Positions 27,757 to 37,986 of a stretch of DNA of 64,000 nt are shown piece by piece (the first letter of the stretch is position 1; every line of letters starts with the position of its first letter). The notes under the pieces are model-generated. The model was not told the DNA's origin and made no database searches. It was given only the letters and a program-made list of their open reading frames with translations. The stretch comes from Minisyncoccota bacterium (GTDB lineage Bacteria; Patescibacteriota; Minisyncoccia; Phycocordibacterales; UBA9973). A program made the position numbers and the translations under genes. The stretch covers positions 13,089 to 77,088 of the forward strand of contig JAGOPR010000001.1 of NCBI GenBank assembly GCA_017991895.1, read 5' to 3'.

Positions 27757-28257
27757 TTAAAAATGCGTATTATCTGGATGCTTGTCGTCAGGTTTAAGCG
27801 CTATTTTCTTTATTCCTTGTTCAACTTGCCATAAAACGATAAAGACAAAAAGAGTTAGGATCGTCGCAAGAAATGCCGGCATAAAAAGTCCAACGCCACA
27901 CGCCATTCCAATACCCGCAGCCACCCATAGTCCTGATGCAGTCGTAAGTCCTGTGATATTGGTATCACGGAAAATAATAATCCCTGCACCCATAAATCCG
28001 ATACCGCTAATTATCATAGATGGAATTTGTAGAGGGTCTCCTACATTCATCCCGAGAAGTGTGTATTTCTGTATTATTAATTCACTAATAATCACAAAAA
28101 GTGCCGCTCCCATTGAAACAAGCGCGTACGTTCGCATTCCTGCAGCTTTATGAGAAATAATACGTTCAGTGCCGATAATAATTCCAAATAAAAGTGCAAA
28201 ACCTAGCTTGGTAAGAATGTCTAACGTAGATGCATCAAAAATAAAATGGCTTATCAT
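27757..28257 (-). CDS. MgtC/SapB family membrane protein
   Basis: Conserved MgtC N-terminal region; start set to the internal ATG (MISHFIF) 6 nt after a TATAAT box. Confidence 0.75.
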   Translation of the reverse strand: MISHFIFDASTLDILTKLGFALLFGIIIGTERIISHKAAGMRTYALVSMGAALFVIISELIIQKYTLLGMNVGDPLQIPSMIISGIGFMGAGIIIFRDTNITGLTTASGLWVAAGIGMACGVGLFMPAFLATILTLFVFIVLWQVEQGIKKIALKPDDKHPDNTHF

Positions 28258-28381
28258 GTCTAAATTATACCCGCACACCTACTTTTTTAAAAGGGTAACG
28301 AATGTGCATTAACCCCAACGAACCCTAGGACATGACCTCCGTGCAGAGTACTTTAAAAAAGTAGGTGTGCGGGGTATATCA

Positions 28382-29500
28382 CTAGACAATTCCACCTCCA
28401 AGACAAATATCCTTGTCATAAAGAACGATGGACTGACCAGAAGCAACCCTTGTTCCATTTTCAAATATCACGGTAGCTGTGTTTTCATCCAAAGTTATGA
28501 CTCTGCATAGCAAATATTCTCCATGGTATCTAATCTGTGCTGTATATTTTTTGTCCTTCTCTGGCGCAAGACCCACCCAACTGCAATTTTCTATTCTGTA
28601 ATTCTCTTCAGTTTTAGTATGACCTTCAGATGAATCATTTTTATTTGAAACCGTGATTGTATTTTTCTCAATATCTTTAGCAACGATATAATATCGTGAG
28701 TCGCTTGGAGTCTTCTTCGTAATAGTAAATCCATGGCGCTCACCGAGAGTAAGGAAAAGCACGCCGTCATGATACCCAACAATTTCCCCTTTTTCATTCA
28801 AAACGTCGCCACGCTGTGATGGAATATAGTGTTCAAGAAATTTTTTGAGGTCCAAATCTCCAAGCATACAAATTCCCTGACTATCCTTTTTTACTGCGTT
28901 AGGTAAGCCAAATTTTTCGGCGAGCTTTCGTACATCTGTTTTCTTCAAATGACCTATTGGAAAAATAACATGCTCCAAGTCCGTACTTGTAAGCCTGTAT
29001 AAAAAATATGCTTGATCTTTTGTAGTGTCTGCTCCTTTTTGAAGTTTGAAGTTTGGTGTTTGATGTTTTACCTGAGCGTAATGTCCCGTCGCAATAAAAT
29101 CTGCGCCATGAGCCTTTGCAAACTCCCAAAAAACTCCAAATTTTATCTCACGATTGCACATAACGTCAGGATTGGGTGTTCTTCCCTTTTTATATTCTTC
29201 AATCATGTATTCTGCTACTGCTTTTTTATATTTCTCCTCAGCATCACACTCGAGAAATGGAATATCAAGAAATGTTGCAACACGCATTGCATCCAAACGG
29301 TCTTCACGGAAAGTACACTCAATAAAATCTGGTTGCCACGTACGGATAAAAACACCGACTACGTTGTAGCCTTGTTGTTTCAAGAGCGCGGCGGAAACGG
29401 CAGAGTCTACCCCGCCTGAAAGCCCCACGAATACGGTTTTGTACGATTCTTTTTTCACTTTCTTGATACTACAGTTGCATGAGCTTTTTGAAAAGCTCAA
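28382..29500 (-). CDS. mnmA: tRNA-specific 2-thiouridylase
   Basis: PP-loop SGGVDS and the conserved MnmA core. Confidence 0.9.
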   Translation of the reverse strand: MSFSKSSCNCSIKKVKKESYKTVFVGLSGGVDSAVSAALLKQQGYNVVGVFIRTWQPDFIECTFREDRLDAMRVATFLDIPFLECDAEEKYKKAVAEYMIEEYKKGRTPNPDVMCNREIKFGVFWEFAKAHGADFIATGHYAQVKHQTPNFKLQKGADTTKDQAYFLYRLTSTDLEHVIFPIGHLKKTDVRKLAEKFGLPNAVKKDSQGICMLGDLDLKKFLEHYIPSQRGDVLNEKGEIVGYHDGVLFLTLGERHGFTITKKTPSDSRYYIVAKDIEKNTITVSNKNDSSEGHTKTEENYRIENCSWVGLAPEKDKKYTAQIRYHGEYLLCRVITLDENTATVIFENGTRVASGQSIVLYDKDICLGGGIV

Positions 29501-30074
29501 AGTCGGCTTTGGTATCAGCGAGAGCAGAGTGTGCGTTTTCGTTTACTATCCCAAAATGTTTACAGAGTTCAGCCAATGAAAACCTTGTTACGAGGGGTGT
29601 GCTGTGCAATTTTGCATATGCCATTGAAACTGTATCGAGTCGGTGATAATGCATCTTGTTCTGTATTCCAAAAGCTGAAAAAGCGGAGTCGAGAAATCCG
29701 GCATCAAATGCGACATTATGAGCTACCATAATTGCACCTGCTGTTTTTTCAGAAAATTCTCGAAGTGCCTCTTCCAAACGAACTGCGTCTTTCCATCCTG
29801 TAACTGTATATCCGTTTACTCGTAGCGATGCAGGGTCGGCCGTTTTAAGATTTTCAGGAAATATTTTTTTAGACCATTCCTCGCGCACCGTAAATGTTGG
29901 AGTTTCGCCTGAGCTCCAGTCCTGAGTGACTCGAATGAGTGCAATTTCAATAATCTCGTGAATTTTGCAATCAAGACCAGTGGTTTCAAGATCGACAAAA
30001 ACAAGGTCCGTGCCTTTCATGGCGCCTCCTACTCGACTCACTGTATCTACTTTAAGAATCTCGTTTCCATCCAT
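29469..30074 (-). CDS. DnaQ-like 3'-5' exonuclease (DEDDh)
   Basis: VFVDLETTG (Exo I), HNVAFD (Exo II), HSALADT (Exo III); true start may be the internal Met at 30017. Confidence 0.75.
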   Translation of the reverse strand: MDGNEILKVDTVSRVGGAMKGTDLVFVDLETTGLDCKIHEIIEIALIRVTQDWSSGETPTFTVREEWSKKIFPENLKTADPASLRVNGYTVTGWKDAVRLEEALREFSEKTAGAIMVAHNVAFDAGFLDSAFSAFGIQNKMHYHRLDTVSMAYAKLHSTPLVTRFSLAELCKHFGIVNENAHSALADTKADFELFKKLMQL

Positions 30075-30089
30075 ATGGAGACAAGTATA

Positions 30090-31085
30090 CTATTTTTTTA
30101 GGAATCTTAGGATCTCGTCGCCAAACGTCTTAATTGAAGAGTCATCGTAGAGTGAAATTGTATAAACAGTATTTCCAAGTTTTTGAAACTCCTTCAATTT
30201 TTTTACCACGATTTTTTCTTTCTCGTCGTCAGGCAACACATCAGTCTTAGTTAAAAGAATTATTTCTTCCTTTTCATTAAGTCCATTCCCGTATGATTCA
30301 AGTTCATTTCTTACCTCTTTATAGGCTTTCATCATTCCACCTGTAGCTGTCATTTCATTTTCAAATGAAACAAGATGAAGAAGAACTTTAGTGCGTTTTA
30401 TATGTCTCAAAAATTTTACGCCAAGTCCTTTTCCTTCCGATGCACCTTCAATAAGCCCCGGAATATCGGCAAGGGTGTATCCAAAAAGGTCTCCCAAGTT
30501 TGGGTCGAGCGTTGTGAAAGCATAATCTCCAACCTTTGCTTTTGCACGTGTAATAGAGTTTAGTAGTGACGACTTACCAGCGTTTGGAAGTCCGATGAGC
30601 CCAATATCAGCAATAATTTCTAGCTCGACATGGTAGTCGGCCTCCTGTCCTTCTCTTCCCGGAGTCCAATCGAGCGGAGAAACATTCGTTGAACTTTTAA
30701 AATGTTCATTTCCTTTTCCTCCACCTCCACCTTCGAGAATTTTTATTTTTTCACCCTCGTTTAAAAGCTGGATTTTTTCACCAGTTTCCGTGTTTGTTAG
30801 TATCGATCCGATAGGAAGCTTTATCGTAAAATCATCGCCGTTTGCTCCATGAAGACTTCGTGACCCTCCAGCAACACCATCTTTAGCTGTAAATTCAATA
30901 ATATGACGATATTGAGCCAAGAGCTGATTGTCACGCACAGCCATAATGTAGACGTCGCCTCCACGACCTCCGTTACCTCCAGCTGGTCCGCCTTTCTCGA
31001 TAAATTTTTCTCGGCGCCAACGAACAACCCCGTCGCCACCGCGACCGGCCTTTGCATGAAATTTAAATTCGTCGATTAGAGCCAT
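30090..31085 (-). CDS. obg: GTPase Obg
   Basis: Gly-rich Obg fold N-terminus plus G1-G4 GTPase motifs. Confidence 0.95.
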   Translation of the reverse strand: MALIDEFKFHAKAGRGGDGVVRWRREKFIEKGGPAGGNGGRGGDVYIMAVRDNQLLAQYRHIIEFTAKDGVAGGSRSLHGANGDDFTIKLPIGSILTNTETGEKIQLLNEGEKIKILEGGGGGKGNEHFKSSTNVSPLDWTPGREGQEADYHVELEIIADIGLIGLPNAGKSSLLNSITRAKAKVGDYAFTTLDPNLGDLFGYTLADIPGLIEGASEGKGLGVKFLRHIKRTKVLLHLVSFENEMTATGGMMKAYKEVRNELESYGNGLNEKEEIILLTKTDVLPDDEKEKIVVKKLKEFQKLGNTVYTISLYDDSSIKTFGDEILRFLKK

Positions 31086-31173
31086 ATAGCTAGTAAATAG
31101 TAAATAGATAGTAGAAAATAGTAAAATACCTATTACAATTACAGCTTACTCGATTTTTGGCTTTTTAGCTAGG

Positions 31174-32067
31174 TTACTCGAGAGCCAATTTGGCAAGAGC
31201 AATTGCAGATTCCTTTGTTTTTGCTACACAAAGAAAACAAGCATTGTGGCAAAAAGTTGCATCGGTAACGCCAGAGACTTTTGCGAGCTCTTGGTCGCGA
31301 AGACCTGCCCAAGCTTTTGGAAATGATTTTCTATTTTCAAAGCTGGAATGACTTACTCGCATTGTGGAAATATTCCATTTTGTATCACCGAATCTTGGGT
31401 GAACGACAAAAAGTGGCTCGGGATACTGCGCTAGAACCTCTTGGTATGGACATGCTGTATCTAGCACGATGAGGCGCTTATCTTCTGCATCGGCGTAGGC
31501 TTTTTCAACAATACTTTTTGCGAGAAGTACGTCGCGGGAAATGATGACCTCACGTGAAATTATCCGCTCAGCAATTTTTACAAGCTCATTAAAAGACTCA
31601 TCAAATTTCTTTGGATCTTCCCTCCATGTAGGACGATATGTTGAAAGAAAATTCTGAATGCTATACGGAGCAACGTCACCTGTAACAGTCGCAAGCGAAA
31701 TGCCATTATCATCTGCATCGATTGCTGCAACAAGATGTGAGTTGACACGTGATGCTATTTCGGACGATCCGGCGATTTTTTCTCCATACTCTTTCCATAC
31801 AAGCCCAAATGCTGCATATGGAATACCTTTCTCTCCTACACCAGCTCCGCCCGGCATATGATGATCAAAACGTTTATTTAATGGATCGTAAACACAACCA
31901 ACATCAACAACATAGTCTGCTTTATCAATAATAGCTTGATCACGAGTACGAACAATTTTTATATTTCCGTTATTTAAAAGACTAAGTGTCGCACATGCAA
32001 AAATATCGTCGGCATGAAATTTACCGTCATGAACTGCTATAATTTTTTTCTTTTTGAATAATTGCAT
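31174..32067 (-). CDS. MYG1/UPF0160 family metal-dependent hydrolase
   Basis: N-terminal HDGKFHADDIFACATL signature. Confidence 0.7.
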   Translation of the reverse strand: MQLFKKKKIIAVHDGKFHADDIFACATLSLLNNGNIKIVRTRDQAIIDKADYVVDVGCVYDPLNKRFDHHMPGGAGVGEKGIPYAAFGLVWKEYGEKIAGSSEIASRVNSHLVAAIDADDNGISLATVTGDVAPYSIQNFLSTYRPTWREDPKKFDESFNELVKIAERIISREVIISRDVLLAKSIVEKAYADAEDKRLIVLDTACPYQEVLAQYPEPLFVVHPRFGDTKWNISTMRVSHSSFENRKSFPKAWAGLRDQELAKVSGVTDATFCHNACFLCVAKTKESAIALAKLALE

Positions 32068-32091
32068 TTGGATTTTTTTATTTACTACTAT

Positions 32092-32721
32092 CTACTTACT
32101 CTTTCCCTGACTGCGTATTTCTTCAAATATTTCGATGATAATATTGATTGTTTTCTGCAGAATAACCACCCCAATCGTAAACAATAAAATTATAAAAATA
32201 AAATTGCGGACATTGTGACTGATAGAAAGAGCCTTCTGGCTGAATAGATTACCAAGTACAAACATACCTCCGAGCCAGATTATAGAGGAAACCCCTTCCG
32301 CAATGCAGTATATCTTAAAATTTGCCTTTACATATCCTGCAAATATTAATGCAGCATTATTTACTCCATATATAAATTTTGATAGAAATATTGACCAAAA
32401 TGGTCTTTCACGGAAACGAGGCAAGTAATAAAAAACTCTTCGTTCAAAATACTTTAGTATTTGACTATTCGGAAAAGTTTTTCCAAGAAAGCTACCAATA
32501 TAATATCCAAGCACTGTCTTAACTGCGGCCGCAGAGCTAGCAATCGCGAGAGTAGGAAATAGAGAAAATATTTTAAGATGGACCAATATTCCAGCCATAA
32601 TCAAAATAAATTCCCCTTCCCATAGAACACCTAGAAAAAGAATCGCGTAGGCAAGTTCGGGGTTTGTAGTAATAAACGTTGAAAATGGATCGAGAAATTG
32701 GTGCATCCCAGTTAGAAGCAA
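32092..32721 (-). CDS. DedA/VTT-family membrane protein
   Basis: TM topology and composition typical of DedA. Confidence 0.55.
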   Translation of the reverse strand: MLLTGMHQFLDPFSTFITTNPELAYAILFLGVLWEGEFILIMAGILVHLKIFSLFPTLAIASSAAAVKTVLGYYIGSFLGKTFPNSQILKYFERRVFYYLPRFRERPFWSIFLSKFIYGVNNAALIFAGYVKANFKIYCIAEGVSSIIWLGGMFVLGNLFSQKALSISHNVRNFIFIILLFTIGVVILQKTINIIIEIFEEIRSQGKSK

Positions 32722-32818
32722 ATCACGGTCACAAAACCGTTGTTCTTACTTTTTATTTTATTTTCGACTTTGTGCTTTTTCATATATTTTTGTAACCGTA
32801 GCTCTAACGGGACTTGTA

Positions 32819-33154
32819 TTAAAAAATCATCTCAAGAATCCAATTGACGAATGAAACAATAAGCGCGCCAATTATCGCCGCCGTAATACTCGCAATATGA
32901 AAACCACTAATCACATACGTTAGGGAGTAAAAAACTAGACCATTCATGACGATTGAAAATAGCCCGATTGTCAGAAAATTTATCGAAAATGTCAGAAACC
33001 CAATAATCGGCTTAATCGTTGCATTCACAAAGTACAGACACGCTCCGACAACAAGTACTACGTATGCATGTTCAAAAGTAATCTCATTCGGCATGAAGCG
33101 CGATGCTACATAAAGCGCAGCAGAAAAAATTAGCCAGTGCCAGATGATTTTCAT
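32819..33154 (-). CDS. Small 4-TM membrane protein (phage-holin-4-like/DUF360)
   Basis: 111 aa with four TM helices. Confidence 0.4.
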   Translation of the reverse strand: MKIIWHWLIFSAALYVASRFMPNEITFEHAYVVLVVGACLYFVNATIKPIIGFLTFSINFLTIGLFSIVMNGLVFYSLTYVISGFHIASITAAIIGALIVSFVNWILEMIF

Positions 33155-33194
33155 AAACTAGTAAGTAATTAGTAGGTAGTAGTAAGTAGAAATA

Positions 33195-33644
33195 CTAAAA
33201 CATGCTGTCGACGACTGCTTTTACAACCATGCCGTCAGCTTTTCCTTTCAAATCTTTCATGACAGCGGCCATAAGCATTCCCTTTTTTGATGGATCAATA
33301 ATACCGGTTTCAATCTGCTTAGCACGAGCTATTTTTTCAACCTCCTCTTTGCTCATTAGCTCAGGTAAAAATGTTTCGATAATCGCAAGCTGGGCTCTCT
33401 CCTCTACTGCCAAATCTTCACGCCCACCTGCAGTATATTGCTCTATAGAGTCTTTTCGTTGTTTTGAAAGGCGGGTTATAACAGCAAGTGCCTCTTCGTC
33501 GGAGAGCGTATCTTGAGGCTTTCGTCCTTTAGCAACAAGCTCGTTTGTAAAAGCAGAACTCATTCCTCGTAGTACCTCTAGGCGGACAGTATCACGAGCA
33601 AGCATAGCTTCTTTTATTTTTGATTTTATATCTTCATGTAACAT
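33195..33644 (-). CDS. GatB/YqeY domain protein
   Basis: Matches YqeY along its full length. Confidence 0.85.
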   Translation of the reverse strand: MLHEDIKSKIKEAMLARDTVRLEVLRGMSSAFTNELVAKGRKPQDTLSDEEALAVITRLSKQRKDSIEQYTAGGREDLAVEERAQLAIIETFLPELMSKEEVEKIARAKQIETGIIDPSKKGMLMAAVMKDLKGKADGMVVKAVVDSMF

Positions 33645-33680
33645 ATAGAAAAGTAATTTAGTATATTAGAAATTAGTATA

Positions 33681-34037
33681 TTAGACTTTCGACTCAATTA
33701 ACTTATTTAGCATCCTCAATATTTCCTGCATAAGCTCTTCTATTTCCAAATACTTATCAAGTTTACCAAATTCTAATCTTTTTGCTATTTTTAACTGTGT
33801 CTCAAGTTCTCCGGCTGAACCAAATGAAATAATAAGAAAGTGGGCAAAATCTTTCTTTGTTCCCCGCCTGCTACCCTCAGCAATATTTGATGGTATAGAA
33901 ACTGCACATCTCCGCATTTGAGAAATAATTCCGTACTGCTCCTCTTTGGGAAACTCATATGTTAATCGATAAACCTTCTCTACTAGGTCCATAGATTTTT
34001 GCCAAACGATGAGTTTTTCATAACTATGAACTAACAT
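33681..34037 (-). CDS. Four-helix-bundle protein (23S rRNA IVS-type family)
   Basis: Typical LVHSYEKLIVWQKS...IPSNIAEG signature. Confidence 0.75.
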   Translation of the reverse strand: MLVHSYEKLIVWQKSMDLVEKVYRLTYEFPKEEQYGIISQMRRCAVSIPSNIAEGSRRGTKKDFAHFLIISFGSAGELETQLKIAKRLEFGKLDKYLEIEELMQEILRMLNKLIESKV

Positions 34038-34801
34038 TGTTGTCTAATATACTAACATACTATATTCTATATTCTATGAGAACCATCGTCTTTTTTGATA
34101 CTGAAACAACAGGCAACGAGCCGAAAGATTATTTATGCCAAATAGCTTGGATGATCAAAGGCAAGGAAATGCGTGCAGGTCTTTTTAAGCCACCACTTCC
34201 TATTCCCGCCGAAACTTCTGCCATACACCATATCTCAAATAAAATGGTGGCCGACAAGCCAGCATTTAAAGATTCGCCGGAGTGGAAAGAGGTAAAACAA
34301 CTTTTTGAAAGTGACGATACTGTAGTTGTTGCACACAATGCAAAGTTTGATATCGCAATGCTCGCAAAAGAAGACATTGTTCCAAAGCATTTCATCTGCA
34401 CTCTACGTGTTGCCCGGGCAATGGATCCAGATAGCAAGCTCACAAACTACCGCCTACAATACTTGCGCTATGCGCTTGATTTAGAAGTAGACGAAAATGC
34501 AGCGGCGCATAGTGCCGACGGCGATGTACTTGTTTTAGAGAAACTATTCGAAAGACTAGTTAAAAAGCTCGCCGAACAGAAAAACGGTGATGAGCCAATA
34601 AAAGAAATGATTGAAATTTCGAGCTTACCTTCAATAATTAAAACTATTCCGTTTGGAAAACATATTGGAAAGGCCGTTGCTGAGATAGCAAGCACAGATC
34701 GTGGATATCTTGAATGGCTTCTTGACCAAAAATTAAAAAATCCAGCCGACGAGGAAGACTGGATTTTTACACTGAAAACTTATTTAGGAAAACTGATGTA
34801 A
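34037..34801 (+). CDS. ExoX-like 3'-5' exonuclease with a C-terminal PFGKHxGK...YLEWLL domain
   Basis: FFDTETTG, HNAKFD, HSADGD exonuclease motifs; C-terminal domain resembles the QSregVF_b-type domain; likely start at the internal Met 34076. Confidence 0.75.
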   Translation: MLSNILTYYILYSMRTIVFFDTETTGNEPKDYLCQIAWMIKGKEMRAGLFKPPLPIPAETSAIHHISNKMVADKPAFKDSPEWKEVKQLFESDDTVVVAHNAKFDIAMLAKEDIVPKHFICTLRVARAMDPDSKLTNYRLQYLRYALDLEVDENAAAHSADGDVLVLEKLFERLVKKLAEQKNGDEPIKEMIEISSLPSIIKTIPFGKHIGKAVAEIASTDRGYLEWLLDQKLKNPADEEDWIFTLKTYLGKLM

Positions 34802-34830
34802 AAAAGCCCCGCGATTGCGGGGCTTTAAAA
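34802..34830 (+). terminator. Rho-independent terminator
   Basis: aaagccccgc gatt gcggggcttt. Confidence 0.7.
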
Positions 34831-34855
34831 AGAAAGGATTGTGCTACCAACAGAC

Positions 34856-35086
34856 TTAATAATCTAAGCATAAATTTGATGGATGATACGCCATCTGTGC
34901 GTAGATTGAGCTACCGCCTAGATTTAAAATCTCGAGCGTTTGCTCTTTTTGCTCATCGTTACCTGTGTTAAAAACAGCACGGGCTAGAGAAGCGACACGG
35001 TTAACCTTAGCTGGCGTGTTACCGCCAAACATCATTGAGGCAAGACCCTGATTTAAAGGGTGTACCTGCGGAAAAGTGTTTTTCAT
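34856..35086 (-). CDS. Hypothetical small protein
   Basis: ORF only. Confidence 0.25.
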   Translation of the reverse strand: MKNTFPQVHPLNQGLASMMFGGNTPAKVNRVASLARAVFNTGNDEQKEQTLEILNLGGSSIYAQMAYHPSNLCLDY

Positions 35087-35199
35087 AACTGTAAATTTAC
35101 GGGTTAAACAATAGAATTGTGAAAGAAGCCTCTATTATAGCCATATTTATTGGCTTCTGTCAATTATTGCACGCCTTAAATTAAGCGTACAATATCCGT

Positions 35200-36030
35200 A
35201 TGTCTGAATACTATAAAGGTAAACGCACACGAAATATTTTTGATCCAGAGGATACGAAACCTTTCGCTCTTTCCCGCTCAAAAATTGATCTTTTTTTAGA
35301 ATGTCCAAAATGTTTTTATCTAGACAGAAGACTTGGTGTCGGACGTCCACCCGGCTTCCCTTTCAATCTAAACTCTGCAGTCGATACACTTCTAAAAAAA
35401 GAATTTGATACTCATCGTGCAAAAGGCAATCCACATCCTCTAATGAAGCACTACGGTATAAAAGCTGTTCCCTTCGCACACGATGACCTAGATACATGGA
35501 GAGAAAATTTTAAAGGTGTGCGCTTTACTCACACACCTACAAATATCACCGTCACTGGTGCAGTGGATGACATTTGGATAAATGACAACGACGAACTTCA
35601 TATCGTAGATTACAAATCGACGTCTAAGACAACAGAAGTGAATCTCGATGCCGACTGGCAGATAGGATACAAGCGCCAAATGGAAGTGTACCAGTGGCTT
35701 CTCCGCCACAATGGCTTTTCTGTATCTGACACGGGCTATTTCGTGTACTGCAATGGCAGAACAGACCTAGAAGCATTTGATGGAAAACTTGAGTTTGATA
35801 TAAAGGTCATTCCGTATGACGGCGATGACTCATGGATAGACAAAACTCTTTTTGATATTCAACGATGTTTAATTTCTGACACAATTCCTGAAGCCGGAGC
35901 CGACTGCGATTATTGTACTTATCGTGATGCAACAGAAGATGAAATAAAATCTCACACAAAATCTACAAAATCCCCTTCCGAGAAACCGCTAAAAATAAAA
36001 AGGCTAGACGAGCCTAAAACATTATTTTAA
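35200..36030 (+). CDS. PD-(D/E)XK nuclease with 4-Cys cluster (Cas4/RecB-nuclease-like)
   Basis: N-terminal CPKC, central IVDYK(S), C-terminal CDYCTY; same arrangement as Cas4/AddB nuclease domains. Confidence 0.65.
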   Translation: MSEYYKGKRTRNIFDPEDTKPFALSRSKIDLFLECPKCFYLDRRLGVGRPPGFPFNLNSAVDTLLKKEFDTHRAKGNPHPLMKHYGIKAVPFAHDDLDTWRENFKGVRFTHTPTNITVTGAVDDIWINDNDELHIVDYKSTSKTTEVNLDADWQIGYKRQMEVYQWLLRHNGFSVSDTGYFVYCNGRTDLEAFDGKLEFDIKVIPYDGDDSWIDKTLFDIQRCLISDTIPEAGADCDYCTYRDATEDEIKSHTKSTKSPSEKPLKIKRLDEPKTLF

Positions 36031-36039
36031 TTTATAAAA

Positions 36040-36070
36040 ATACACCGCGCGATTGCGCGGTGCTTTTTTA
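36040..36070 (+). terminator. Rho-independent terminator
   Basis: caccgcgc gatt gcgcggtg followed by TTTTTT. Confidence 0.7.
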
Positions 36071-36088
36071 ATTCGTTTGCAGTTTTTA

Positions 36089-36445
36089 TCACTCCTCTCC
36101 GATTGGGCCATCAAGGTCAATAAATTCCGGGGGTTTAGTGCCAGAATAAATATTACCTTCAGTATCGATAGCTAAGGTAGTACGCCCTGATATTTTTTCG
36201 GGATACCTATTAATTGCAGAAACAAATGCTTCATTAAGAAAGAAAATGCCTTCTGTTTTATTACCAGCATTCAATCTTTCCTGACCGAGTGTCCAAAATA
36301 TTCTTTCTGCAGAATTAAGTTTACCAATATTTGTGATATTGAGTAGTTCATTTACTAAACAATATTTTTCGTCAAATATTTCGGGGATTTCTCCATTGAA
36401 ATTTGTCGCCTCGTTCCGTAGGCGCTCTTGTGTATCTTGATCCAT
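36089..36445 (-). CDS. Hypothetical protein
   Basis: ORF only. Confidence 0.35.
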   Translation of the reverse strand: MDQDTQERLRNEATNFNGEIPEIFDEKYCLVNELLNITNIGKLNSAERIFWTLGQERLNAGNKTEGIFFLNEAFVSAINRYPEKISGRTTLAIDTEGNIYSGTKPPEFIDLDGPIGEE

Positions 36446-36537
36446 TTTAATGAATTTTGTGGTGAATTAACAATTTAAAACAGAATTGATTTACTGTCAA
36501 CAGATTACTCTATGCGTTACTGTGATAGAATTTTCAC

Positions 36538-37587
36538 ATGCAAACGACACTTTTTTTAATCGGCGGTATTGTAGCTGGTATAGTAATCACAGCTTTTTTA
36601 CTTAAGAAAAGGAATATTGTCGAACCAAAAGATGATACTGCTCTCAAGCTATTGCTTGAGCAGATGAACAACCTCACACGCACTGTAGACCAAAAGCTTG
36701 GCGATTCTGCAAAAGAAATAAACCAAGCTATGCGTCATCAGGCAAGTGAGTCGACAAAAATTATTCAGGAAGTTACAGAAAAACTCACGCTTCTTGATGT
36801 GACCAACAAGCAGGTTGTCGGATTTACCGAACAACTCGAAGAGTTGCAAGACATCTTGAAAAACCCAAAACAGCGCGGGATTTTAGGCGAATACTATCTT
36901 GAAGCGCTTCTTAAAAATATTCTTCCATCAAATGGGTACCAAATGCAGTATGGATTTCCAGATGGAACAATCGTTGACGCCGCTGTTTTTATTAAGGATA
37001 AAATTATTCCAGTTGACTCAAAATTCTCACTCGATAATTACAATAGACTTGCTGGAGAAAAGGACCCGATCCGAAAATTGGAATATGAAAAAATGTTCGT
37101 AAATGATCTAAAGCTTCGTATTACTGAAACAAGTAAATATATCCAGCCAGAGAACGGCACCATGGACTTTGCATTCATGTTTATTCCGCATGAAGCTATA
37201 TATTACGACCTACTCGTAAATAACGTTGGTTCCACAGATGAAAATGCTGAAAATTTAATTCAACGCGCCGGCTCAAAGTATAAAGTTATCATTGTATCCC
37301 CTACATCTTTCTTGGCGTACCTGCAGACAGTAATGCAAGGTCTTCGTGCGCTCCAGATTGAGGAAACTGCAAAAGATATCATCAAACGCGTAGGAGAACT
37401 TGGAAAACACCTAAAAGCCTACGACGAGTACCATCTAAAGCTTGGTAATGCCCTCGGTACTGCTGTAAGCCACTACAACAATTCTGGAAAAGAATTTAAA
37501 AAACTCGACAAAGACGTCATGAGAATTTCTGAAGTTTCTCCAGAGCTGGAAACTTTATCGCTCGAGAAGCCAAATCTTGAAGACTAA
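36538..37587 (+). CDS. rmuC: DNA recombination protein RmuC
   Basis: N-terminal TM, coiled coils and the conserved RmuC C-terminal region (FMFIPHEAIYYDLL). Confidence 0.8.
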   Translation: MQTTLFLIGGIVAGIVITAFLLKKRNIVEPKDDTALKLLLEQMNNLTRTVDQKLGDSAKEINQAMRHQASESTKIIQEVTEKLTLLDVTNKQVVGFTEQLEELQDILKNPKQRGILGEYYLEALLKNILPSNGYQMQYGFPDGTIVDAAVFIKDKIIPVDSKFSLDNYNRLAGEKDPIRKLEYEKMFVNDLKLRITETSKYIQPENGTMDFAFMFIPHEAIYYDLLVNNVGSTDENAENLIQRAGSKYKVIIVSPTSFLAYLQTVMQGLRALQIEETAKDIIKRVGELGKHLKAYDEYHLKLGNALGTAVSHYNNSGKEFKKLDKDVMRISEVSPELETLSLEKPNLED

Positions 37588-37986
37588 TTAATTTTTCTTA
37601 ACAAGATTTTTTAGAAAATCAAAAAAACCACTTTTTTTGTTTGCATTTTCAATCGCTTGATTCACTTCTATTTGAGTTGGTTCATCATCAGTAATTACTA
37701 CAACGCGTTCACCTTCTTTTACTACAGGAAACTGCTCACGTAGAGCCGTTTCCTGACCCTCCATAGTATTTAGTGCATCGATTTTTTTAGTAAGCTCAAT
37801 TTGTCTTTGCGTAAGCGATAGTGCTTGATCCTCTGCTATCTTTCTATTTTTCGAGGCCTGCATGCTCTTTTGAGCCATCGATACCAGCCCAAATCCAACC
37901 AAAACAACAAGTACGATAACAAACAAGGCAAAACCTCTTGAGAAAATTACTTTATGAAAAAAATTGGTTTTTTTGTAATAAGACAT
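37588..37986 (-). CDS. FtsB/DivIC-like septum formation initiator
   Basis: N-terminal TM, then a coiled coil and a short beta region. Confidence 0.5.
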   Translation of the reverse strand: MSYYKKTNFFHKVIFSRGFALFVIVLVVLVGFGLVSMAQKSMQASKNRKIAEDQALSLTQRQIELTKKIDALNTMEGQETALREQFPVVKEGERVVVITDDEPTQIEVNQAIENANKKSGFFDFLKNLVKKN

